Source: Podarcis cretensis (lineage: Eukaryota). From it: 64,000 bases of DNA. The notes beneath the pieces were generated by a model that saw only the letters and a list, made by a program, of their open reading frames with translations, did not search any database and was not told the DNA's origin. Both the position numbers and the translations under genes were made by a program. Shown here in pieces: positions 25,380-37,324 of this stretch. Position 1 is the first letter of the stretch. Each line of letters begins with the position of its first letter. Where the stretch lies: assembly GCA_951804945.1 (NCBI GenBank), contig OX638155.1, forward strand, positions 35,402,001 through 35,466,000, given 5' to 3'.

Positions 25380-26389
25380 CTCCATTCCATGCTAGATTGT
25401 CTGCTACAGGCAATTCTGAGAATCAGCTTAAGATGCTGCAAGTGCAGTTACATTTGATCAAGATGCAGAGTTGGCCCTAGCATTAGGCAGAGTGAGGCAG
25501 CCACCTCAGGAAGCTGAAATGGAGCGTCACGAAGGGGGATAATCTATTGTGGCTGGATTTTTAGTGGCACAGAAACGGGAAAGCACTTGTGGGCTTTTCT
25601 GCCTCAGGCGCCAAAATAGTTACCCCAGGGTTTTACGCCCAAAGGGGAGGGCACTATTTTCTGCTCTGCCTCAGGCAGCAAAATGTCTTGTTAAAGTGCT
25701 TGTATGAATGGCCTTGAAGTTCATAAAGTAGTGGCGATGCTGACATTGTCGCCTGTTGCAGCTTCTAAGGAGAGCATTCATGCTTTGGGTGAAAGAAGAT
25801 TATTCAGACTGACAGCAAATGAAAAACTTACCATACTCTTGGTTTCATTAGTCTTCATTATATGACCACGACAGCTTTAATTGCTGCCCTGCATACATAA
25901 GTAATAAAAATGTAAAATGTTTAAATGAACTGTGCCTCCCAGAAGCCATTATAAAAGATTAATGACAAGCACTCTTTGCTAATTTAAACGTCTCTAAAAC
26001 CCACATCCGAGTAGCCCTTGTGGTTATGATGATACTAGAACAATATTTGCGAGACCTCTTGTCTTGAGCTATTATGCACTGAGCTTTGATGACTTTGATT
26101 ATTCCGTCCTTAGTGAGTCTGACTTCAATACATATTTGACTCCCATTGACTCAGCCTGACAACTCATCTCATTCCTGAGGTCCAAAGTGGCTTCAGGTAT
26201 TGATAGCAGTCTGTCTTGAAGAACTGCTGATGATGCTCTGAGGCCTGGAAGTGCAGGCATTATTAGCAGCACTCCAAACTTTACCTGTTGCAAATTTCAC
26301 TTCTTGGGCAAAGAGCTAGAGAAGAAAATAGTACTGAGCTTTTCTAACAAGCCCTGCAGCCCTGCATCTAGCCCTGCATCCTGTTCTTC

Positions 26390-26650
26390 CAGGGGGAAAC
26401 CTGCAAGCTGGACCTGTGTACAAGAGCCCTCTCTCCTCCTGCAGTTTCTAGCAACTGGTATTCAGAAGCATAATGTCTCTGACCATGGAAGTCAGCATAG
26501 CCATCATGGCTAGCAGCCATTGGTAGACTTATCATCCATGAATTAGTCTCATCCTCCTTTAAACCTATTCAAATTGATGGTCACCACTGTTCCTGTGGGA
26601 GCAAGTGCCATACTTTAACTATGCACTGCACAAAGAAGTTCCTTGTACTC
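26390..26650 (-). mobile_element. CR1 LINE 3' fragment
   Basis: agcaactggtattcagaagcat...atagccatcatggctagcagccattg...tccatgaatt; same family as 60490. Confidence 0.75.
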
Positions 26651-27613
26651 CTTTACATCTTCCAAATCCTACTGACCTCATAAAAGTCATGGAGTACCAG
26701 CTGGTTGGCCTCCATTGCTCTTCTGGCTTCCCAACATCAAGGGTCTCTGGCGCTTTCTGAGAGGGAGAGGGTAACATGCCTGGAGCGAGGTGTGGTGCAG
26801 CATGTGGCAGCAGGTATGTCAGATTGGCTACTCTGCTATACCTGACTCCATGCCTCATTTCCCACACTCCTCCCTTTGAGGAAGTGGCAGCAACTCATTG
26901 TATTGGGAAGCTCCACCTGCACCACCTCATTGGCTGCTACTGAAATAATAGCTGACCAAGCTTAGCAGATGAGCCGAAAACTGTCCTGGCTTCAGCAGAT
27001 ACAGGAGATTATAGCTAATGCTAGCTCTACTCAGAGTAGACCCACCGAAGTTTATGGGCATGTCTAACTTGGGTTCATTAATTTCAATGGGTCTACTCTG
27101 AGCAGGACTAGCACTGGTTACAACCCCAAGTAGACGTGGTGATCCCTTTTCACGAATCAGCTCCTGTTTGTGCAAAGGGTAAGCAATCTCTCAAGAAATA
27201 CAGCATGCAAGCAAAACAGAGACGCAGTTAATTGTCATCTAGATAAACAGAGACCAAAGTTACTCCCCAACACAGATATTTTTAGTCACTTTTGGTAGTT
27301 ACCCAATGAAAAGATCGTCTTACCTATTTTGTATCAGTTATTCCATGAGTCCAACACAGCAACAGTTCTCCATACCAAAAAACAGATCATGTTATAAAAA
27401 AAAACCTCACACACCAGATATAGTTAAGAATGGCTCATGTTTCTGGAAGAAAAGTGAACAGGATCAAGGGAGGGCTAACCTCAAAACCTTGGATTTAGCA
27501 ATTTGGCAGAATATCCTGTAAGAAAGAAAGGAATGCGTGCCATGACTCCATTTTCTTCATTTCTCCATGTAACAAAGTGAATGAGAACCGCTAAAAACAT
27601 AGAAAAAACAATA

Positions 27614-27839
27614 CAGTGGTACCTCGGGTTACAGATGCTTCAGGTTACAGACTCTGCTAACCCAGAAATAGTACCTCGGGTTAAGAACTTTGCTTCAGGA
27701 TGAGAAGAGAAATTGTGCAGCGGTGGTGCGGTGGCAATGAGATGCCCCATTAGCTAAAGTGGTATCTAAGGTTAAGAACAGTTTCAGGTTAAGAACGGAC
27801 CTCCGGAACAAATTATGTTCTTAACCCGAGGTACCACAG
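27614..27839. mobile_element. Tc1/mariner-type MITE
   Basis: TIR cagtggtacctcgggtta / ttaacccgaggtaccacag; TA flanks. Confidence 0.9.
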
Positions 27840-28906
27840 TAATTGATATATAATAAAACAATAATACATGTATAAAAATTACTAAAACCATGCAAATAAT
27901 TGCAATAAAACAGCTTTAATTTATAGCCTGATATCATTTGACAACTTGCTAAGCTATAGGACAAACAGTGAACTAGTTTGGACATAAAGATCAGCCTTGG
28001 TTTAGTGTAACAAAAATGAGTCACAGCAAACAGTGGACCTGTGTGCCTCCACATATCCTACTCTAGCAGAGCTGAGAGGAGATCAGAAGCTTTCATTCCC
28101 ATTTTTTGTAACCACAGTTAACCACATCTGAACCCTAAACTGGATAATCTTAACTGTGGTTCCTTGAAACAACCAGATTCATAACTCAGGTTTAGTAGCT
28201 GATTTCTTCCAAAAAAGTCCCCATTATGATCAACTGGCTTGTCAAGTTCAGATCAAACAACAAGATAAAATAGTCACCAAACTCTTTCTTATAGCAGCAC
28301 TGGAGGACAAGGGGGTGGGTAACACACAAGCCTAAGGCTTCTTGTGGTTCATTCCTGTGAGGTCTGTACTCTTCCAGTATGTATTACCACCAATGGAGCT
28401 CATACCTTCATCCCCACTTCACTAGCAACTTCTATCAGGGACAGAAATTATTCATTCATAAAGGCAAATAGAGACTAAAACAATCTGGAGACAGGAAGTG
28501 CCATGGAATATATGCTCCTTGCATATTTTCCAACAGATTTCACAGATGGCAACAAGGACAACTATGTACAGTACTGTGCTACAAACAAATAAATTCTTGG
28601 AACTGCATGCCTCATTATACATTGCTGCAGGCTTGTCTCTGCTTACTGTACACTGCATTAATTTATTCAGAAATAAAGCATCCTGAACTGACTTCAGAAG
28701 CAGGGTAAAATCACCCAGACAATTTTATTTAAATCTTAAGTACATTTTTAATATAATGAATGCTTGCAACCCAATCATTATGGACATTTACACAGAAGAA
28801 CACATGCACAGAATTGCAGCCTTTGGTGAAACAGGAGGTGCCATCGCATTTCATCCCATGACAAGAGATCATGATGACTATAATATTCTGTACAGTAACT
28901 CTACAG

Positions 28907-29289
28907 TAGGGATGGGTAAATTCAGCAGTTTCTGTTTCTCTCAGTTTCTCATTATTCCAATCTTAAATTCAGTTCCCTATGTTTCGACATCAATTTGCAA
29001 TTTTTAAAAAGTGCTCCTGAAAATTCACCAGCTTTTTACAGGGCATATTTCTCCCACTAAACACCTTTTCGTACGCAATTTTGCCTATTGTACATAATTT
29101 TTGCAAAGCAATTTCCCCTAATATGAATGCATTATTATTATTATTTGCACCTATTACTTAGCTGGAGAACTGAATTGCAATATTCAGAGAAGTGCAAATT
29201 TTGAAGGGTTGCTTTTTTTACTTCACATATTGTTTTGAAAGTGTGAACCAGGTAAATAAGAACTGACTTGAATTTCTGTCCCATTCCCA
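28907..29289. mobile_element. hAT non-autonomous element (TAGGGATG TIR)
   Basis: tagggatggg / cccattccca ends; 8-bp TSD ctctacag / ctctgcag; second copy at 62442. Confidence 0.75.
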
Positions 29290-29445
29290 CTCTGCAGTGT
29301 GGCATTCACCTCAGTGAGCTTGCCTCCAGCCAAAAAGGAAGGAACTCAGGGTTTCCAAGATCTGAATCTGTATTAGTGATCCCGAGAGCAAGAGAACGTT
29401 ATTACCTTGGGTTATTGAATCCCTCCAAAGGGTCACTTTGTAATA

Positions 29446-29754
29446 CAGTGGTGCCCCGCAAGACGAATGCCTCGCAAGACGAAAAACCCGCTAGACGAAA
29501 GGGTTTTCCGTTTTTCGAGGCGCTTTGCAAGACGAATTTCCCTATGGGCTTGCTTCGCAAGACGAAAACGTCTTGCGAGTCTTGCGAGTTTTTCCCCTCC
29601 CCCCTTTTCCTAAGCCACTAAGCCGCTAATAGCCGCTAAGCCGCTAATAGTGCTAATTCGCTAAGCCGCTAATAGGGATGCTTCGCAAGACGAAAAAACC
29701 GCTAGATGAAGAGACTCGCGGAACAGATTATTTTCGTCTTGCGAGGCACCACTG
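29446..29754. mobile_element. Young Tc1/mariner-type MITE with internal repeats
   Basis: 22-bp TIR CAGTGGTGCC(C/T)CGCAAGACGAA, TA TSD, CpG-rich; internal GCAAGACGAA and AGCCGCTAA repeats. Confidence 0.9.
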
Positions 29755-30847
29755 TACTAAATTCCTACAGAGAAGGTGCCATAGTTTTCAGCACAATCCT
29801 ATACCTGCCAGCTAAGAAGAAAATCCCACTGAGTTCAGAAAAGTAAGTATAGGAAAATTTTGGGATTGGGATTGTAATGTACAAGAGTTGTACCCTGAGG
29901 TTCTTTCCATTGCAAGTGAAAAAATAGCAATCAAGCATCTGTTTATAGGTGTCATACAGAGGAACAGGGAGGTCAGCCAGAAATCTGGTGTTGTCCAGGA
30001 ATCTCCAGCTTCCACCTGGACATACAAAACTACTGAAAGCCAAGTTTGAGTCAATTTTGTGGCTTTCATTTTGATCCAAATAGTTCAGCCACATTATTGA
30101 GATAGAAATCAGGGTTACATGGCAAATAGTGACCCCCTCTGTGTTCCCTGTCACCTTACACATTTCATTTTGCAGGGTTATGCTGCAATCTCATTCCTGT
30201 GTGTAAGTGCGTCAATCGAAAATGGATGGAATGTTTATTATTTCTAAATCTCATGGTGCTGGGTGTGGGGAAGGGAAAGGGAAATGTTGGGGTTTTAGGT
30301 CAATTACCAGGCCTATAGGTAGCCACGCTGACAGATGAGCCCTTTGTTCGTTTGTACTCTTTAAGTACTACACCCAACACTGGATATTTTTTGTTCATGT
30401 AAAACATCAAATGAATATATATATCTTAATATGCAACCATTCCTGACCAGAAGCCTGTGTCCTAGGAATATTCCACTCACCCTAGCATTATTGACTTGGC
30501 TAGACTATGAAAAAAAGCAGAATAAATTCTAGGCATTGCAGAGAATACTGCAATGGGAGGTCCAGGACAGCTCGCACTTGCTGGCCACAGTGATGGAATT
30601 TGGGCCAATTGATGGTGGAGATGATTCCTTCACTCACATTGGCTCATAGAAACTCCACTTCTGAAGTGGAAAGTTTGGTTCCCATGGGCAAAAGCTCTCG
30701 TCCCAAATCAGAGAACATTGCACTCACAGAAACCTTTAGAAAACTGAAGTTATTTCTACAAATTCAAGTCCAAATCCTAGAGTAATGATCAGAGACAGGT
30801 GGTATCATTTTTAAATGAAGCAGAGACTAAATGGTTATACACGGACT

Positions 30848-31024
30848 CAGTCCTTTTTTCTGGTGGGACGCAGGGGTATACATACCCCTAAACATTTTGT
30901 GAATCCTTGTACTTTTGTCCATTTACTGTATTTATTTTCCCCGATTTGAACTATAAAATGGTGGTTTTCTTGAGTCAAAATGAGAGTACCCCTAAACATA
31001 TTTTTTTTTAGAGAAAAAGCACTG
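30848..31024. mobile_element. hAT MITE (CAGTGCTTTTT TIR); truncated relative at 42636-42765
   Basis: 8-bp TSD cacggact / catggact; internal repeated tacccctaaacat. Confidence 0.8.
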
Positions 31025-32187
31025 CATGGACTTATGCTTTGGCTTTTGAAAAGATGGAAATAGTTTCCCCTTTGCCAAAACAGGAGTACCAAGTGCCCTA
31101 CAAAACAGCAAACTTTGTAAAGGACTTTTGCAGTTTCTAAACAATAAATGACATCCATATACCTATGCAGTAGTCATGACCTTAGGTATCAATATCCCAG
31201 GTTAGGCCTCAAGTTGCATGTGGAGCAGTGCCAGCCTATTGTAGTTAAACAGTTTAGGTTTATAACAGTTGGGTGGGAATGGGCCCTGTGGATCAGCTAT
31301 GCTAACCCTTTGCTCTGAGGCTGGCTGTTCTGCACTTAGCAGTTCACAGGTGCTTGCTGATATTCCTTTGGAATGGGGATTCTGTAGGTATTTGCAGATG
31401 GTGTGGTTTGGCATCTGGTCTTAAATCAATATCAACAGGAGCTCCTGCTGGCAGACCATTCTCTCCAAACACTATTGCTTCTCCCTGCTTTCAATAGTCC
31501 CCTTTCAACAGCTACCCTACGACCAAGGAAATTATCGTGGTTATGACCTGATATCACATATGCTGTGAAGAGAAACCGGTTTACTTTGTACCCTGTATAG
31601 TGTTCTAGACAATGTTCTGTACCCCTTGACCATGTAAAATGGTATCTGCCTCATGCAGAATTCTGAAATTCTGGGCTCTACTTTAGGTCCCTTCTGAAAT
31701 AACTTGACAGCTGCTCCTATATCTGTTATGGAGTTAACCATCGTCTGGCAAACAGTTGAGTTTTTCCCTCTGCTAAGAAAAAAATGCTGTCCAGAGCTGT
31801 TGTCACTTCTTGCACAATCTGCCTACAGTACAGGATAGTAAAAATAAAATAAAATGCCCTGTTTTTGAACACTTACTGCTGGATAAATTCGTCTAATGTT
31901 GTGGGGTTTTTTTCCTACAGCTTGTGCATGCTGTCTGAACGGGTGTGTCTTTTTGCTGTTTTCTTCCAGGCTTCAAATGCAGACGATAACAGAGAAGCAT
32001 GGCTCTCTGGTAGGTATCCACCATGGAATTTAGCAGCATGCATCTTGCCTTTGCACTCTCAAGGAGTCACTGCTTTAAATGCGCCAATGTACATGCTGGC
32101 AATTTGCTGGGGGTGGGGGAATAATTTGCTATGAACTTACCACCACCCAAGTACAAATCCTGTATTAATCTAGTATGTTGTCCTATA

Positions 32188-32429
32188 CAGTGGTACCTTG
32201 GGTTACAGGTGCTTCAGGTTACAGACGCTTCAGGTTACAGACTCTGCTAACCCAGAAATAGTACCTCAGGTTAAGAACTTTGCTTCAGGATGAGAACAGA
32301 AATCATGCCGCGGCGGTGCAGTGGCAGTGGGAGGCCCCATTAGCTAAAGTGGGACCTCAGGTTAAGAACAGTTTCAGGTTAAGAATGGACCTCCAGAACG
32401 AATTAAGTTCTTAACCTGAGGTACCACTG
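32188..32429. mobile_element. Tc1/mariner-type MITE (same family as 27614)
   Basis: cagtggtaccttgggtta...ttaacctgaggtaccactg, with a 16-bp internal tandem duplication. Confidence 0.9.
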
Positions 32430-34399
32430 TTTAAGAATGACACTTGTAATTAAAGGGGAAAATCACTGATTTATACACATGAGCAGTGAATGGGAAAGGT
32501 TTCGGCACTGACTTGCATGCATTTTTTGTTTACAAGTCTGTGCTCCTTCAAGCTGTCTCACACAAAACCAGACCAGAATAAATATCTTACAAAACGCAAG
32601 GGAAAGGAGAGACCAAAACAATGCCTGACTTGTTAAATAATTGCAAATCTGACCCTCCAGATGTTTCTGAACTACATGACCATGCTTGATGAGTATGAAT
32701 GGAATTGTAGATCAGCAGCATCTGTAGGGCCAAAACTTCCCCACATCTGCAATTCAGCATTCCCATGTAGTTCAGATTTTGTTGAGACATTCACTTCGTT
32801 TTTAAGATATGTGCCTTTTCTCTTAAAAAAAAATAAAATCAATTAAAATAGATACCAGGCAGGTATATGTGAACTATAGACACTAAAATTTCTATTAGTT
32901 TTGCTGTTTATTTTGCATAATCCTGAGTCACAGCTAGCATATATAACAAAAACTGAACTAACTGTAATTATATGACAACTTATATGCCTGTGGTGCTGTG
33001 TGGTTCTCCAAGGCCCTTGGCAGAGCTCTTTTCCAATCCTTTTAACCGAGATCTTTCAAATGGAGTTTGAAACGGGACCACTGTGCATAGGAAATATCTA
33101 TTCTGTCTTTGAGCTCCTTCCCTTTCCAAAATGTTTTCTGGAGATGCTTGGGATTGAACCTGGGATGGGCTGCATTCAAACAAAGTTATCCTGTTCATAC
33201 AAGGGCTTTCCTTTTCACAATAGAACTTCCTCTCCATCCTCTGTCTCCCCAAATGTTCTGGAGGTTTGAAAGAACTCCCAGAACAGATAGTGGGCACAGG
33301 GGGGAAGAGAGAGGGGGTGCTCTGTTGTGCAAGCGGAAGTCCTTGCCTGAACAAGATGACTTCATTGGATACAACCCAATGTGTGAGCACAGACTAGCAT
33401 CACCCCTAATGTCATGCATGTAGGCTCGCTCCGGTTCCTGATGTAATGCAACGTAGAAGACAGTGCACATACAACTGTACACACAACTTTCTCACTACAG
33501 ACATTAAAATATGAAGCATTCCTGCCTTGAACTGGGACTTAATTACCCTGGTAAAAACTGCCCCCATAAATATCAATCCCAAGAAACCATAGATGGGATG
33601 CAATATCAGGCATTCGTGTTGGAGGGTGGGAGGCTACCTGGAAGCTAGAGTCAGGCAGGCTGAGGGCCAGACCTCTAACACCCTTCTGGTGTCACCCGAC
33701 CTCCAGAGACAGGATGCTGATGGGCTGTAGTATGACTGTAACTAGCTCTGCATTCTGAGCTATTACACACCACTCATGCCATGTCATTCTGTGGCATGCA
33801 TAGATAGACCAGGGCTCAGTAATTCTTTCTCTGGCAGAATACAGCATGTTGTTTCAAGTTCAAAATGTATGCCGGACTCTCATCCCTCGGAGATCATCAG
33901 TTCCAGAGCCATGGTGGATTTGCTTCCTGACAACATGAATTTGTTCTAGTATAGCAGTGTGCCAGCTGATGCTACTCATTCCAGATAATTCTCAGTCTTA
34001 CCATACAACCATTGATTATCAGGGTATGAGCCAGAAAGAACTCTGTGGATCAGGCAGTGACTGCTGATGATCAGTTGCAGGACATAAAGTCAGGAATGCC
34101 AGTTTGGGATGCTTCTCTCCATGAAAACACACACACAAAAACTAGCGTAGCCTGGAGATATCAGCCTGCTCTGTTTTGTTCTTGGAATACTTTCTCCCTC
34201 CTTTCTTCACCTATGGGAGCATCAAAAAATGTGCTTCTTTGTTTGCACTGCTGTAACCCATTCTACATTTTTAAGATGTTCCCACCTTGTTCCCACCCCG
34301 TTCTGTTGCATGTGCTCATCTACCCTGAACCAACAGCATTTCTGCCAACAAATAAGCAAAGAAACCCCCACTGAATGTAAAATTCTTATCAGATACAGG

Positions 34400-36952
34400 G
34401 TTTTCATACCAGGTTTTTTTTTTATTATTATTCATGGATACATATACAAGAGATGCATAGTTTTTCAGAGCTAGGGTTGAATGTAACAAACTTCCAAGAC
34501 AGCTCAAAAGAAATGAAACAAACAAACAATGACAAATAGGGGGTGTGACATACCAGGAACAATACATATGATTATCTTGCTAAAGTTATTGCAGAAATGC
34601 AAACATTGTGGTGCTTGTGTGGTCAGCACCTCGCCCAAGATATTTCTGTATCAGAGTCAAAAATCCTTTGGCCTGCCTGAAGGTTCCTCCACTTGCACTC
34701 TTCTGACATTTCAGGAAAATTGAGAGAAATGGACGTCTGAGAATTACACTGGAACTCCATGTCTTTCTTGGCAACTACATGTTTTAAATGTAGAATACAT
34801 GAAGAAAGAGCAATTGTTGGCAAGGGGCGTCCAAAAATATAGTTTAATCTATGGAGTGCTGCTCCCGCACAAGTTTCTGTTGCAACAAATGGAAATTATA
34901 CAGAAGCACTTCTTGATGAATGGTACAATTATGATATTGGAAGACTGAAAGTTGCCTGAAACGGAAGTGCCTGCAATATACAGAATATAGATGCTAACAT
35001 ATGACATTTTAAAGTGTATCATTTTATGAAAAATCCCCCTCCCGCAGGAGTCAAAAACAGTTGAACCAATCTAGCTTTCTGTGGAAAGTTGTGCTTCGTT
35101 TGATGTATTTTCTAGCTGCAAGTTTAGCTGAAAACTGTCAAAATTTATATGTATATATAATATGGCAGTCTAGGAGAAATGCATGCAACTGCTACAAAGC
35201 TGAGTACAGGATAAATATCTCTTGCTAAGCAGTTGGGAAGTCACCCAATTAGAAGGACCAGTAACATTATAATATTTACATACAGCCATATTATATTCTT
35301 ATGTTTTCACAGTAATGTGCAAATGTTACAAATATGGCTTTTCATTTTTTAAAAAAAGTAAGTAAGACATAATTGTACAGAGTAATATTTCTAAATGTTT
35401 AGGACTGTTTCACCTTTTTGTGAAACCTGTTGAGTTTGCTTTAACTGTACACTGCACTCAGTCACCACCTTAGTAACTGTGGAGTAGTTCACTCGTATTT
35501 CCTAAGGCACAATATTAATGTTAAATGCTTTAAAAATGGAGCCATGCTTTCTTTTTGTCTATGTGACATAATATGCCATTACTAGCTATACGGTAACAAC
35601 ATTATTGGTTGTACGAAATACCATGTCAAAGACTACATTACATGCTTAAGTTTCATATGTACTCTATAAACTTGAAGCTGCTCTGAAAACATACTATACA
35701 GCATTGCATATTAAAACATTTGGTTTTTTGGTAATATTTGTTGTACACAAAGCAGAGAGTTATAAGGCTTCAGTGGAATAATTATCTTATAATTGAACAA
35801 ATATTTTACATTCTTTGAAAATGGTATTTACATTTGCTTTTAACTCATCTTTTGTCATTTGGTAATTAATACATGTTTCATATGCATCCTTCTGGACTGT
35901 CTAAAGTGCTTGCTTATCAGCTTGAGGAAAGAAAATGCATAATTGTCTTAAACATAACAAACCCACAACATAGTAATGGCAAGAGTATTTGCATGGGATC
36001 AGGACTGCATTCTCAGAAGCAGAAATTATTGCTGAATTCAAAGCCTCCATATATATGCATAAATGCTAGTTTGTATGTATAAGCATAAGCATAAAACAGT
36101 TGAGGAAAATATAGGTATCCACGTTTTTGTCCATCATCAACCTTAATATTTTGTGCTGTTCAATTTTCTTGTGCTATGTCTAGAAATTGATTTAAGTCAA
36201 AGTATTAACATGCAGTCCTATGATACATGAGCAAAGACCTGCAATAGGCTGAAAAGTATAGAACTGAGATGACAATCTGGGTTTGTTTTTTAAAAAATGC
36301 ACCAGGAATAAGGCAACAAGATGTAAAATACAGTTCAAAAGTGAAGAAATCCAGGAATTCAGACACGTATTTTACTTTCCAGGGCTTGTAACTAACTAAA
36401 TCATACTCAGGGTAGACCCACTAGAATCTTGCCTATCATCTGAATGGATCTACTCTGAGTATGAATGAGCTGATACAACCCAACAGGGGGTTTTATACCC
36501 ATAATAACAGACAGTTCCAACACACCCCAAGTTCCAATGTATGTTTGATGGTTACTGTGCCTAGAAATATTTTGGATGGCAGCATATCCAAAGCTGCCAA
36601 TACAATGTCCTGATGTCGGAAGCTAACAAAATAAGGCACTTCCAGTAGAGCCCAAAGGAAAAGAAAGCCAGTTTTCAGTCAGTCACCAGTTGTGTCACAT
36701 TTCCTATTTCAACTTGTGAAACGCACCATTTCAGAGTTCGTGTCCTCCATTTTCCTTGAGATGATTTTCTTGACAGAAGGTGTTTCCTTGGTTGAAGCCA
36801 GCCAATTAGTTTTATGTATAGATATACAGAGAAGAGGTAATTGTTCCAAACATTCCAGAAAGGGAAAGAGCAGAGCGGTACCAGGGAGGATCTTCCATTT
36901 ATCTGAAGCCGATGTCTCAGCGTAGCTTAAAGCAGGATATCTAGACGGCCAG
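34400..36952 (-). other. 3'UTR of the minus-strand gene
   Basis: AT-rich and nearly TE-free. Two Pumilio elements TGTAAATA on minus (35273-35280, 35825-35832), many 8-mer miRNA seed matches, and AATAAA on minus at 34421-34426. The 3' end is approximate. Confidence 0.55.
34421..34426 (-). terminator. Candidate polyadenylation signal AATAAA
   Basis: tttatt on plus; the first canonical hexamer I found downstream of the stop at 36953. Confidence 0.4.
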
Positions 36953-37002
36953 CTATGAATGGACGTTGGTGCTGGAGAGGTCGTTCCTTATTATTTCATT
37001 TA
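36953..37002 (-). CDS. Terminal coding exon of an unidentified minus-strand gene (phase 1; x-NEIIRNDLSSTNVHS-stop)
   Basis: On the minus strand a ~30-nt polypyrimidine tract and ttgcag acceptor (37003-37035) is followed by TA AAT GAA ATA ATA AGG AAC GAC CTC TCC AGC ACC AAC GTC CAT TCA TAG. There is strong C bias at third codon positions, and UTR-like sequence follows. The gene was not recognised. Confidence 0.65.
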
Positions 37003-37290
37003 CTGCAAGGAAGAAGAAAACAGAAGGAGGGAAGGGTTATTGCTCTATACACACTTCTGCAAAAAGTGACACTTAAAGGCACTTGAATTAGTGTTGCCTG
37101 TTTCTCTTTGGTCACGGATACTAAGCATAAAATGCCAGTAAGTAGCCAATCAAACCAGGATGGGACCGCAAGAGCAAAAGGAGCTCATAATCCTAAAGGA
37201 AATTAATGCTGGGCTCCCAGGCTTCCATTAGAAAGGAGCACCTGGGGCCTTGTCGTATTGCATCACTCATATTCCACCCCTGCAATTTAG

Positions 37291-37292
<2 letters not shown>

Positions 37293-37321
<29 letters not shown>
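37293..37321. repeat. (CA)n microsatellite
   Basis: Direct. Confidence 0.95.

Positions 37322-37324
<3 letters not shown>

Noticed and set aside
29612-29672. Short direct-repeat array superficially like a CRISPR array
   Set aside because: 9-10-bp tandem units without spacers, inside a eukaryotic MITE
34715-34960. Possible plus-strand terminal exon after ttctgacatttcag (KIERNGRLRITLELHVFLGNYMF*, or other frames)
   Set aside because: The acceptor is weak, all frames stop early, and PUM/miRNA strand asymmetry suggests the region is the minus-strand gene's 3'UTR
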